42,969 nucleotides of DNA, taken from the sequence record SRR22947727_2287, one strand, 5' to 3'. The position numbers and the translations under genes are program-made. Shown one piece after another: positions 1 to 7,941 of the stretch. How positions within the stretch are numbered: the stretch's first letter is position 1; each line of letters opens with the position of its first letter. The notes below the pieces were generated by a model. It saw nothing but the letters and a program-made list of their open reading frames with translations. It ran no database searches and had not been told where the DNA came from.

Positions 1-73
1 AATGAAGAAATTCAATCCAGCTAAAAGAGTTCACGAATGGTTTGTTGAGGCAAAACTTCCGCCTCATAATTAA
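1..73 (+). CDS. rpmG: 3' end of probable 50S ribosomal protein L33 (partial, runs off left edge)
   Basis: The frame from nt 2 reads MKKFNPAKRVHEWFVEAKLPPHN-stop (TAA 71-73), matching the L33 C-terminal pattern KK(Y/F)(D/N)PxxRxHxx(F/Y)xExK. Not in the ORF track because it is truncated. Confidence 0.75.
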   Translation, partial: MKKFNPAKRVHEWFVEAKLPPHN

Positions 74-83
74 AAGTTATTCT

Positions 84-1187
84 TTAGTTTTCTAGCCTTA
101 GTGCTGTTGAAGAAATATCATCCCTGAAGCTTGCTTCATCAAATCCAGTGCATCTTTTTCTGATATTTTCTGGTATCGCAATATCTCTTAATGAAATAAA
201 TTTATTATCAACTTTTCTTCCAAAAACTAGAAAATGAACATTATGATCATTAAATCTTTCAATATGATTAATCATATCCCTTTTATTTAAATAAAATTTC
301 TCATCAAAGACTCTCACTAATGTATCGGCACCAATTATAAATACACTATTGGGAAACATTTCAGCTTTCTCACTAAACCTTCCTGCTGAAGTCATTACCC
401 AACTATCATTTTCATTAAATTGATCTAGTGTTCTTTTAATTTCATGAAACGTTAAAGGTGGTTTATCAGCATTTTTTGCACATATTTCAAAAGTTGCTCT
501 CATGCCTGTTTTCTTTTCTGCAAGTTCTCTCATTTTTAGATGACCATCATGGAGAGGATTAAATGAACCTGGAAAAATTAATTCAGGAGTAGATTTATCG
601 CTAGAAACAAAATTAATCTTATTATTTAGCAGTTTTTTCCACGATCTTCTAGCTTTTGTTTCTTGTAATTCTATACTCTCATCATGAATTGGTAGAGCTT
701 TTTTTATACCACAACTTTCTGCAATTAAGCTTAAGACATATTCTGTAATGAGCTCTTCCTCTTCTTCTCTAGTTCTTTTACCTTTTTCTAATATGCATGA
801 AATGCTTTTTGTATATGATTCAGTTTGAATAGCTATATAAAATTTATGTTCACCAATTTTATTGTATGTAGTGGCTAAACTTGCAGTAACTGCAACTCCA
901 ATTAAATATTTGGTATTAATATCTTGCTCTATTTGCATACATTTCTTATAAGCATTCGCAGACATGCTGAGGCATGTGCTTAAGGAGCAATAATGATCTG
1001 GTTTTTTATTAAGGAAAATATCCATAGATTTTTTAGAGTAGGGTATGTATGACTCTAAAACAGTATTACTTGCACCAGGAACTTTTAAAAATGATGAAAC
1101 CGCGTTAGTGCCACCTCCACTAGACACATACACTAATTTATATTTAGATTCATGTATCTTCTTAATTAGATTAGTTCTTTCTAGCAT
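84..1187 (-). CDS. CinA/PncC-like domain fused to a HIGH-motif nucleotidyltransferase (NadD/cytidyltransferase-like) domain
   Basis: C-terminal half has PGSFNPLHDGH (HxGH), FIIGADT and ISST motifs of NadD-like enzymes. N-terminal half has SSGGG...VPGASNTVLESYIPYS, resembling the CinA C-terminal fold. Confidence 0.7.
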   Translation of the reverse strand: MLERTNLIKKIHESKYKLVYVSSGGGTNAVSSFLKVPGASNTVLESYIPYSKKSMDIFLNKKPDHYCSLSTCLSMSANAYKKCMQIEQDINTKYLIGVAVTASLATTYNKIGEHKFYIAIQTESYTKSISCILEKGKRTREEEEELITEYVLSLIAESCGIKKALPIHDESIELQETKARRSWKKLLNNKINFVSSDKSTPELIFPGSFNPLHDGHLKMRELAEKKTGMRATFEICAKNADKPPLTFHEIKRTLDQFNENDSWVMTSAGRFSEKAEMFPNSVFIIGADTLVRVFDEKFYLNKRDMINHIERFNDHNVHFLVFGRKVDNKFISLRDIAIPENIRKRCTGFDEASFRDDISSTALRLEN

Positions 1188-1254
1188 TGATAATTATGTA
1201 TTTAATTTCTGTGCATTTTAACCTATTAAATAATTTCATTGCTAAAATGAATCT

Positions 1255-2115
1255 ATGAAAACCTTCTCTACAGTATTTATATTTCTTTTATTTACATTAA
1301 CATCTTATTTAAATTCTTCAGAGATTAAACAAACTACATTTGCCTATTGGGATAAGCCTGATGTTGAAATTTTTTACTTAACACCAAAAAAAATAGACAT
1401 AAACACCCAAATATTATTTGTTATTCATGGAAATAACAGAAATGCAGAAGATTATATTTCAGCATGGATACCATTTATAGAAAATAAAAATATAATTGTG
1501 GTTGCGCCTAAGTTTGATAAAAAAAACTTTAGGTATTTTTTTCTCTTAGAATCCGCAACATCTTCAGGAGAAATAAATAAAAATTCAGATGAATACATCA
1601 ATAAATCTATATCTTTATTTTTTAATTTTTTTAAAAGTAAATACTCATTAGTTACTAATAAATATAAGATGTTTGGCCACTCTGCTGGAGCTCAATTTAC
1701 TCACAGATATATGTTGTTGAGTGATGATAGAAGAATTTCAAATGCTGTTATTGCAAACGCAGGCTGGTATACATTTTTAAATGGAGAGAATTTTCCATAT
1801 GGTATTAAGAATACACCTATAGATATTTCAAACGATCATATTAAATGGTTTATGTCTAATAAGGCTTCTTTATTAATTGGTAACAATGATACTAAATTAA
1901 ATAATGTAAATTCATCGAAAGGTGCAATGAGACAAGGGGTCACAAGAGTAGATAGGGCAAACACTTATTTTAAATCATTGGTAAACAGTGCAGATACCAA
2001 TAATATCCCCTTTAGATGGAGCTTTAAAGTTATAGATGGAGTCAGTCATGACTATACAAAAATGACTCCAGTAGCAGTAAAAATATTACTTCAAGATATT
2101 AATTCTATTAATTAA
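1255..2115 (+). CDS. Secreted alpha/beta-hydrolase (esterase/depolymerase-like)
   Basis: N-terminal signal peptide, IHG oxyanion segment, GHSAG nucleophile elbow, ANAGWYT, and C-terminal GVSH candidate catalytic His. Confidence 0.8.
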   Translation: MKTFSTVFIFLLFTLTSYLNSSEIKQTTFAYWDKPDVEIFYLTPKKIDINTQILFVIHGNNRNAEDYISAWIPFIENKNIIVVAPKFDKKNFRYFFLLESATSSGEINKNSDEYINKSISLFFNFFKSKYSLVTNKYKMFGHSAGAQFTHRYMLLSDDRRISNAVIANAGWYTFLNGENFPYGIKNTPIDISNDHIKWFMSNKASLLIGNNDTKLNNVNSSKGAMRQGVTRVDRANTYFKSLVNSADTNNIPFRWSFKVIDGVSHDYTKMTPVAVKILLQDINSIN

Positions 2116-3605
2116 TTTGTGTTACTTACAATAAACTCTTCTGCTTTGCTAAAAATTAGTTTTTTTCTTTCAGGGTCAAGCTTTGTTAAAGCATTTACCA
2201 TTAGTGATAGTCTTGGATTGGTTTTAAAAAAATTAAGATTATTTTCTATAAACCTCCAGTAAAGACCATCAACAACATCACACCATTCTCCCTTTTTATA
2301 GTTAGACATTCTGAGCATATAGCTTGAACCGCAAATATATGGTTTTGTAGAAAAGATACCGCCATCAGCAAAAGTTCCCATCCCATAGACATTAGGAACC
2401 ATTACCCAATCTGCTGAATCTATATACATCTCCATAAACCATTTATGAATAGCATTGGGATCAATACCAGATAGGTTCATTAAATTTGAGATAATCATTA
2501 ATCGATTAATGTGATGGGTGTAACCAAGATTAATAGATTCTTTTATAGCACTGTCTAAGGGGGGTATACCAGTTTCACCTGTATACCAAGATTCTGATAA
2601 TTCTTTTTTATGATTCCAAAAATTTTGTTGTTTATATTGAGGCATGTTATCCCAATACACGCCCATAATGAATTCTCTCCAACCAAGAACTTGTCTTACA
2701 AAACCTTCAACAGAGTTAAGAGGTATACCATCTTTTGATTCTAGATATTTCTTCTCAACTTTATTTATACATTCAAGGGGATCTAGCAAGCCTGAATTAA
2801 AATATGGAGACAGTAGAGAATGAAACATAAAAGCACTATCTTTATTAATGGCGTCCTGAAAAGATCCAAAATGAGGCAAGTATTTATCAATAAATATATT
2901 AAATTGATCCATGGCACCCTCATGAGTAACAGCCCAGTTAAAATTTTCAAGATCACCATGAGATAGTTTAAAAATCTCCTCAACCTCTATCATTACCTCT
3001 AAAGTAATTTGATCTGTAATAATATTATTTCTATTAGGAATATCTGATTTAAGTTTAGAAATACTCTGCCTATTTTCTTTATCAAAATTCCATTTACCAC
3101 CTATGGGCTTAGAATTTTCATCCATAAGAATATTAAATTTCTTTCTTAACCATCTGTAATAAAATTCTTGAATTGTTGATTTTTTATCTTTTGCCCAATA
3201 TTTATAATCCTCATCAGTAGTAATAAACTTTTTATCTTCAAAAACTTCTAAGTTAACTCCTGAGGACTGACAAAAATACATTAAGTCTTTTAAAGTTTTA
3301 TATTCTGATGGCTTTGAAACATAAAGAGACGAAAAGGGGTCTTTAGAATGCAAGTTAGAGAGATAATCTATTAGGCTGGGAGACTCTTTGGATATTTTTT
3401 CATGTTTAATATTTTTATATTGAATTTGTTCAATGAAATGTCTAAAAGAACTAATTTGAAATACTAATTTATGCTTATGATGCGCAATCTCATAAAAACT
3501 ATCATGAGGTTCGTACATAAGCAGCAGATTCTTTTCATCTAAGCGCTCAAAGACTTTATTATTCTTCGATAACTGATCTGGAAATACTAGCAAAAGAGAG
3601 TTCAT
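2112..3605 (-). CDS. phrB: Cryptochrome/photolyase of the bacterial (6-4) photolyase (PhrB/FeS-BCP) group
   Basis: PDQL, HHKHKL, GGKWNFDKENR, FGSFQDA, HSLLSPY, EGFVRQVLGWREF, HHINRLM, WVMVPNVYGM, ADGG and TKPY are hallmark motifs of this subfamily. Confidence 0.9.
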   Translation of the reverse strand: MNSLLLVFPDQLSKNNKVFERLDEKNLLLMYEPHDSFYEIAHHKHKLVFQISSFRHFIEQIQYKNIKHEKISKESPSLIDYLSNLHSKDPFSSLYVSKPSEYKTLKDLMYFCQSSGVNLEVFEDKKFITTDEDYKYWAKDKKSTIQEFYYRWLRKKFNILMDENSKPIGGKWNFDKENRQSISKLKSDIPNRNNIITDQITLEVMIEVEEIFKLSHGDLENFNWAVTHEGAMDQFNIFIDKYLPHFGSFQDAINKDSAFMFHSLLSPYFNSGLLDPLECINKVEKKYLESKDGIPLNSVEGFVRQVLGWREFIMGVYWDNMPQYKQQNFWNHKKELSESWYTGETGIPPLDSAIKESINLGYTHHINRLMIISNLMNLSGIDPNAIHKWFMEMYIDSADWVMVPNVYGMGTFADGGIFSTKPYICGSSYMLRMSNYKKGEWCDVVDGLYWRFIENNLNFFKTNPRLSLMVNALTKLDPERKKLIFSKAEEFIVSNTN

Positions 3606-3682
3606 AGACCTATATTATGCCAAAAAATGTTAAAGATGATATTTATAATTAAAACTTGTACTTAAGGCTTGAACATATAAAT

Positions 3683-3742
3683 TTGACACAAATGTGTCAT
3701 TTATGTAACATATATGTCACATTTGTGACAATTTCGTCACAA
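3683..3742 (+). promoter_or_regulatory. Operator array of TGTNA(C/T) hexamers (Pho-box-like) overlapping a candidate sigma70 promoter
   Basis: Hexamers TGTCAT(3695), TGTAAC(3704), TGTCAC(3715), TGTGAC(3724) and CGTCAC(3735). ATGTAAC-ATAT-ATGTCAC (3703-3720) fits the 7-4-7 Pho box. Perfect 7-bp-arm inverted repeats at 3684-3699 and 3715-3730. TTGACA(3683)-N17-TAACAT(3706). Confidence 0.6.
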
Positions 3743-3761
3743 TTAAAAACAAGGAGTTCAA

Positions 3762-4202
3762 ATGATAAATTATAAAAATTCATTATATAAAAATTCATTA
3801 TATGTATTATTTTTAATGCTTAGCTCAACGGTTATGGCAAATCAGATTATATTTGATAGTGCTAAAAATCAATTAGATTTAAATGCTAGATATATTAATA
3901 TTGAATATAACTCTAAACTTGTTGAAAATTTTTGTCCTAAACAGTCAGTAGGTTGTTATACCTCTGCTGATAGAGGCAGAATAATCGTAAGAGATGATAT
4001 ATCTAAACCTCATCATGATGTTGTTATTTTTGGACTATATAGTGATTATATTCAACATTCTAATTCAGGTCTTATAGATAGTTCACTAACATGTGATTTA
4101 AAAGTGAGTTACCTAAAAGAAGTATATAAACATAATTTAGCTAATTTATATTCAGGTCAATGTGATGCAATATATAAAAATAAAGTTCTTGTAATGAATT
4201 AA
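3762..4202 (+). CDS. Hypothetical secreted protein with four cysteines
   Basis: Shine-Dalgarno AAGGAG at 3751-3756, signal peptide (VLFLMLSSTVMA), and a terminator directly downstream. No recognised family. Confidence 0.75.
   Translation: MINYKNSLYKNSLYVLFLMLSSTVMANQIIFDSAKNQLDLNARYINIEYNSKLVENFCPKQSVGCYTSADRGRIIVRDDISKPHHDVVIFGLYSDYIQHSNSGLIDSSLTCDLKVSYLKEVYKHNLANLYSGQCDAIYKNKVLVMN
3771..3800 (+). repeat. Perfect 15-bp tandem duplication (TATAAAAATTCATTA x2) in the signal-peptide n-region
   Basis: 3771-3785 is identical to 3786-3800 and encodes YKNSL-YKNSL in frame. Confidence 0.9.
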
Positions 4203-4214
4203 ATTTATAGCATT

Positions 4215-4260
4215 TTATTAAAAAAAGGGGGGGTTATTAATTAACCCCTTTTTTTAATAA
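4215..4260. terminator. Bidirectional intrinsic terminator between convergent genes
   Basis: TTATTAAAAAAAGGGG(GGG)TT ... AACCCCTTTTTTTAATAA inverted repeat with A-run and T-run flanks. It overlaps the last codons of phoD. Confidence 0.75.
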
Positions 4261-5247
4261 TACTAATTTTTGTTTAACTTTTTTTCCATTAATATCTTTT
4301 AATTCAATCAGATATTCCTTTTTTTCTATATCAATAGTAATCAAACCATAGTTTTCACCTGAATACATGTCACCAATCATTACATCATCAACCTCCTTTG
4401 GTCTTCCAATAAATTTTGATGGTGATAACGCCTTATTAAGTGATGAAGATGTAATTTCAAATAAATTATCTTCCTCATAAATAGCACCCTGGTGTCTATC
4501 ACCCGAAATAATTAATACTGGAATTTTTGATTGTTTCAATAATTTTTTCATTCTTATATGTTCATGAGGAAAATTAGACCACTTTTCAAATCTATGAGAG
4601 GTTGCCAGTAACTGTATTGATGTTGAAATAATTACCAAGTCTGCTTTTTTTTTAATAGTTTCCTCTAACCACTCCCATTGTTTATTACCTAATATGGTTG
4701 AATTTGCATCCAAATTCTTTTTATATACAGAATTAATACCAATTGTTTTATCTAAATCTGATCTAAAATATCTAGTATCAAGCAATATTAGATTTACTGT
4801 AAATCCGTCAATATTAATAAATTTATTTGTGTATATTCCTTCTCTTTTTCTTCTTTCATCACCCAATGAGATATTCCAAAAATCTAAATACATTAGTTGA
4901 GCTTGTTTTTTTAAAGGATATGATGATCCGCCATCATTTATTCCATAGTCATGGTCATCCCAAATTACACTCACATCTTTTTTAAATAACCAATCAGGAA
5001 TCATTGTTTTTTGATGAGCATATGCCTTTTTCATTTTATTTAACTTCCCAGAGGAGACATCTCCGTAAACATTATCACCAAGAAAGATAAATGAATTAAT
5101 ATTTTCATCTTTAATAGATTGCCAGATAGGTTGAGGATAATCCTGGTCAAGACATGAGCCAAAAGCAATTTTATAAGTCTCAGCTGTGATAAAATTTGAT
5201 ATCGATAACGCAACAAAACAAATATAGGTTATTGAATAATTTTTCAT
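4237..5247 (-). CDS. phoD: PhoD-family alkaline phosphatase/phosphodiesterase (short form)
   Basis: IAFGSC, GDNVYGD, WDDHDYGINDG, LLDTRY, EKW and SGDRH motifs. The N-terminus is hydrophobic with no twin-arginine. Confidence 0.9.
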   Translation of the reverse strand: MKNYSITYICFVALSISNFITAETYKIAFGSCLDQDYPQPIWQSIKDENINSFIFLGDNVYGDVSSGKLNKMKKAYAHQKTMIPDWLFKKDVSVIWDDHDYGINDGGSSYPLKKQAQLMYLDFWNISLGDERRKREGIYTNKFINIDGFTVNLILLDTRYFRSDLDKTIGINSVYKKNLDANSTILGNKQWEWLEETIKKKADLVIISTSIQLLATSHRFEKWSNFPHEHIRMKKLLKQSKIPVLIISGDRHQGAIYEEDNLFEITSSSLNKALSPSKFIGRPKEVDDVMIGDMYSGENYGLITIDIEKKEYLIELKDINGKKVKQKLVLLKKGVN

Positions 5248-5270
5248 TAAATTATTATAGCAATTATAAA

Positions 5271-6008
5271 ATGTATAGATTTTTAACTTTAATTTTAATT
5301 ACTATCACTATGGCATCATGCGGAAGCAAAGATAGTAATGATGAAATTAAGTTAAGCTCTTTAATACAGCCTAATTTTTCATTTACTTATGATCTTATTG
5401 AGTGTGAACTCAATGAAAACTCATCACTGCTAGATTTAGAATCTTTCTTTTCAAAAAATATCAATAAATACAAATTAATTATATCTAACGCAGTTGAGCT
5501 ATCCATTCTCTTCCCAGAAAAGAATACAAATGTAAGTGAATTTATTATTGCTATTGAGTCAAATAATAACGATGAAGCTCTAAAGACATTTGTAGACCAA
5601 ATTCAAATTGATAAATTCAATAATATTGCTGCATGTGAATTTATTATTAACCAGAACAATGGATTTAATATTCTTGAATATAATAAAAATATTAATGCAG
5701 ATTACACCTTGATTGAGATCCTGATTTGTGAATATAACCAAGACTTTAACTATGGGAGTTTTCAAATTACTATTGCTAGATTTATAAATTATATTAAGAA
5801 ACTAGATATCCCATATTCCTTAAGTTATGTGCAAAATAAATCCAATAATGGGTTTATTTGGATAAATACGTTTCATGATGAGAATTATGAAAAAATACTA
5901 CTTGATAATTGGATTGAAGGGGAGGAGGCCTTAGAAATAAAAGATGAATTCATTGAAAATGCTAAGTGCATAGAATCTAATGTCTATAAGTCTTATCAAT
6001 TATTTTAA
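5271..6008 (+). CDS. Hypothetical lipoprotein
   Basis: Start moved from the track's 5196, which overlaps phoD, to ATG 5271. This gives MYRFLTLILITITMAS-C-GSK, a lipoprotein signal peptide. The protein has two half-repeats, each with a Cys-containing strand. Confidence 0.7.
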   Translation: MYRFLTLILITITMASCGSKDSNDEIKLSSLIQPNFSFTYDLIECELNENSSLLDLESFFSKNINKYKLIISNAVELSILFPEKNTNVSEFIIAIESNNNDEALKTFVDQIQIDKFNNIAACEFIINQNNGFNILEYNKNINADYTLIEILICEYNQDFNYGSFQITIARFINYIKKLDIPYSLSYVQNKSNNGFIWINTFHDENYEKILLDNWIEGEEALEIKDEFIENAKCIESNVYKSYQLF

Positions 6009-6069
6009 ATGTTACTAATTTCAAAAATAAGAAGTAATTAATAATTTTTTTTATTATAATTTGCAAATC

Positions 6070-6144
6070 GCGGGTATCGTATAATGGCTATTATAAGAGG
6101 TTTCCAACCTTTTGATGAGAGTTCGATCCTCTCTACCCGCTCCA
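6070..6144 (+). tRNA. tRNA-Gly (anticodon TCC)
   Basis: Acceptor stem GCGGGTA/TACCCGC, anticodon arm AGAGG-TTTCCAA-CCTTT, T-arm GAGAG-TTCGATC-CTCTC, discriminator T and encoded CCA. Confidence 0.97.
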
Positions 6145-6150
6145 AACATA

Positions 6151-6182
6151 AAAAAGCGGGCTAGTGGCCCGCTTTAATTTTT
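6151..6182. terminator. Intrinsic terminator after tRNA-Gly, probably bidirectional
   Basis: AAAGCGGGC-TAGTG-GCCCGCTTT hairpin with A-rich and T-rich flanks. Confidence 0.8.
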
Positions 6183-6187
6183 AAGAA

Positions 6188-6959
6188 TTACCTTATAGCT
6201 TTGCCTGAAAAAGAAAATCTTTGACAGTTACTGAATGTGTCTCCTTCTTCTGGAAGATTTGTATTTGAATAGTTTAAGTATCCTGTATTTTATTCGTCCA
6301 TGTCAGTCCACAAACTTAACCATACATAATCTGCAAGTGGGTTTTCTTCTGTACCTTCAAAATATGGCTCAAGCATTACATACCAGTAACCATCAGGACC
6401 ATCATTTTTTTCTGTCTCATCAAGAAAACTTGCAAAGTTAATTTCAAATTTTTTCAGATCATTTTCATCATAACCATCATTAAAGTTACAGAAATTAAAT
6501 TCATTTTCAAATGAACTTGTTTGATTTGGAATAGAAGGATTTCTTTTAACAACTGGCTTAAACGCATAAACATTTTCCAAATCAACACTCATTATTCCAT
6601 CAATTGCATCCTGCCATTCACTATCCATACTATTCATCTAATCATCCCAAGCACTATCTCTAGCCTCCATAGATGGCCAAAGCATGACCCAAATAAAATC
6701 TGCATCAGACTCTCCTCTTGGCGTAAGATTATTAGCTCCATTCATTTCATAACCCCTGGAATCAATCATGTTATCCCATTTATTAACAAGCATATTTAAA
6801 TTTTCTTGACTAAAGTTAGGTCCCTTATAATGCCATACATATTCTACAACTTGATTTGGGGGGGGATCCCTCCCTTGCAACTGCAACCTCATTATTTTCT
6901 GAATTACTACAAGCATCTATAGTCACAAGAAGCCCTAGAGATAAAATTATTTTTTTTAT
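6188..6959 (-). pseudogene. Degraded lipoprotein gene (joins track ORFs 6638-6916 and 6290-6637)
   Basis: SD-like GAGGG, then ATA at 6959 opens IKKIILSLGLLVTIDACSNSENNEV (lipoprotein-like signal). There is a frameshift near the G8 run (6858-6865), an in-frame TAG at 6638-6640 (AWDD*MNSM) and an in-frame TAA at 6290-6292. The frame then continues NTGYLNY...CQRFSFSGKAIR to TAA at 6188-6190, next to the terminator. Confidence 0.8.
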
Positions 6960-7052
6960 ATTTCCCTCGATTTATTAGAATTAGTTAAAAGATATCATTT
7001 TTATTTAGAATTGATAAAATTATTATGTATTTTTTTTTATAACTATATTTAT

Positions 7053-7080
7053 AAAAAAAGCAGGTTATTAAACCTGCTTT
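7053..7080 (-). terminator. Intrinsic terminator downstream of the prepilin peptidase gene
   Basis: AAAGCAGGTT-ATTA-AACCTGCTTT hairpin (7057-7080), followed by a T-run on the minus strand. Confidence 0.75.
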
Positions 7081-7127
7081 CAGCGACCTAGGGGATTTGA
7101 ATTAAAGAGGATATTCAAAGGTCTTAC

Positions 7128-7931
7128 TTATATGACATACATAAATGGAAATAGTTCAAAATATTCAAAAATAATATAAACAAATAAACCAAAGATTAAC
7201 CCAGCACCTAGTGGTAATTCTTTTGCATATTTTTTATGATTGAAAATCATAATTATTAATGTTGATAATGACCCTAATAGGATTATTGAAGCTATAGATA
7301 ATGGACCAACAATTGATCCAATCCCACCTAGAAGAATAAAATCACCACCCCCAATCCCATCCTCTTTTTTTAATAACTTATAAATTAAATTTATAGACCA
7401 TAAAAAAAAATATCCAAAAATAAAACCAATTAAAGATAATGAAATATTAGAAATATTTAAAAAACCATAATCTTCAATTAAAGCTATTCCAAAGAATCCT
7501 GAAATAATGACAACTAGCGTAATTGAAAGATTGAGGTAGAGAGGTAAATAAAATTTTTTTAAATCACAAATTAAAAGTATATAAAGTATTGAAAACAATA
7601 TGTATGTAATAAAAGCTTGGTATGAAAAGCCTTCAAAAAGATAAATACTTAATCCTACTACTAAATGAATAATTTCATGCATAAGATATGTTATTGAAAT
7701 CGAAGTATTGCATTTTATACATCTTCCCCTTTGCAACACATATCCCAATATTGGAATCAGATTAATTAGCGAAATTTTTGCCCCACAATTAATACAGTGA
7801 GATGGAGGAAAAAACAGATTAATATCAGTCTTTTGAAATTCCATAAGGATTAATCTATGAATTAAAACAGAGGTTAAGCTACCAATTGATAAAAAAATGA
7901 TACTTAAAAACGTTATTAAGAAAGCATCCAT
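7128..7931 (-). CDS. pilD: Prepilin peptidase (A24; PilD/GspO)
   Basis: PPSHCINC and RGRCIKC cysteine pairs, IPILGY, a first Asp in LICDL, the GIGGGD motif, and multiple TM helices. Confidence 0.92.
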   Translation of the reverse strand: MDAFLITFLSIIFLSIGSLTSVLIHRLILMEFQKTDINLFFPPSHCINCGAKISLINLIPILGYVLQRGRCIKCNTSISITYLMHEIIHLVVGLSIYLFEGFSYQAFITYILFSILYILLICDLKKFYLPLYLNLSITLVVIISGFFGIALIEDYGFLNISNISLSLIGFIFGYFFLWSINLIYKLLKKEDGIGGGDFILLGGIGSIVGPLSIASIILLGSLSTLIIMIFNHKKYAKELPLGAGLIFGLFVYIIFEYFELFPFMYVI

Positions 7932-7941
7932 TAGTTAATGC

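Noticed and set aside
5196-5270. N-terminal extension of the lipoprotein ORF from the track start 5196
   Set aside because: It overlaps the phoD start on the other strand and would bury the signal peptide; ATG 5271 gives a clean lipoprotein signal.
6858-6865. G8 tract as a phase-variation switch
   Set aside because: Restoring the frame would not rescue the gene because two nonsense codons remain downstream.
6290-6916. Stop-codon read-through or alternative genetic code (in-frame TAG followed directly by ATG)
   Set aside because: The same gene also has an in-frame TAA, a frameshift and a lost start codon, and neighbouring genes terminate normally at TAG and TAA. Decay is the simpler explanation.
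6070-7127. Integrative element or prophage at tRNA-Gly
   Set aside because: No integrase or phage genes, and I found no duplicated tRNA 3' end elsewhere in the window by eye.
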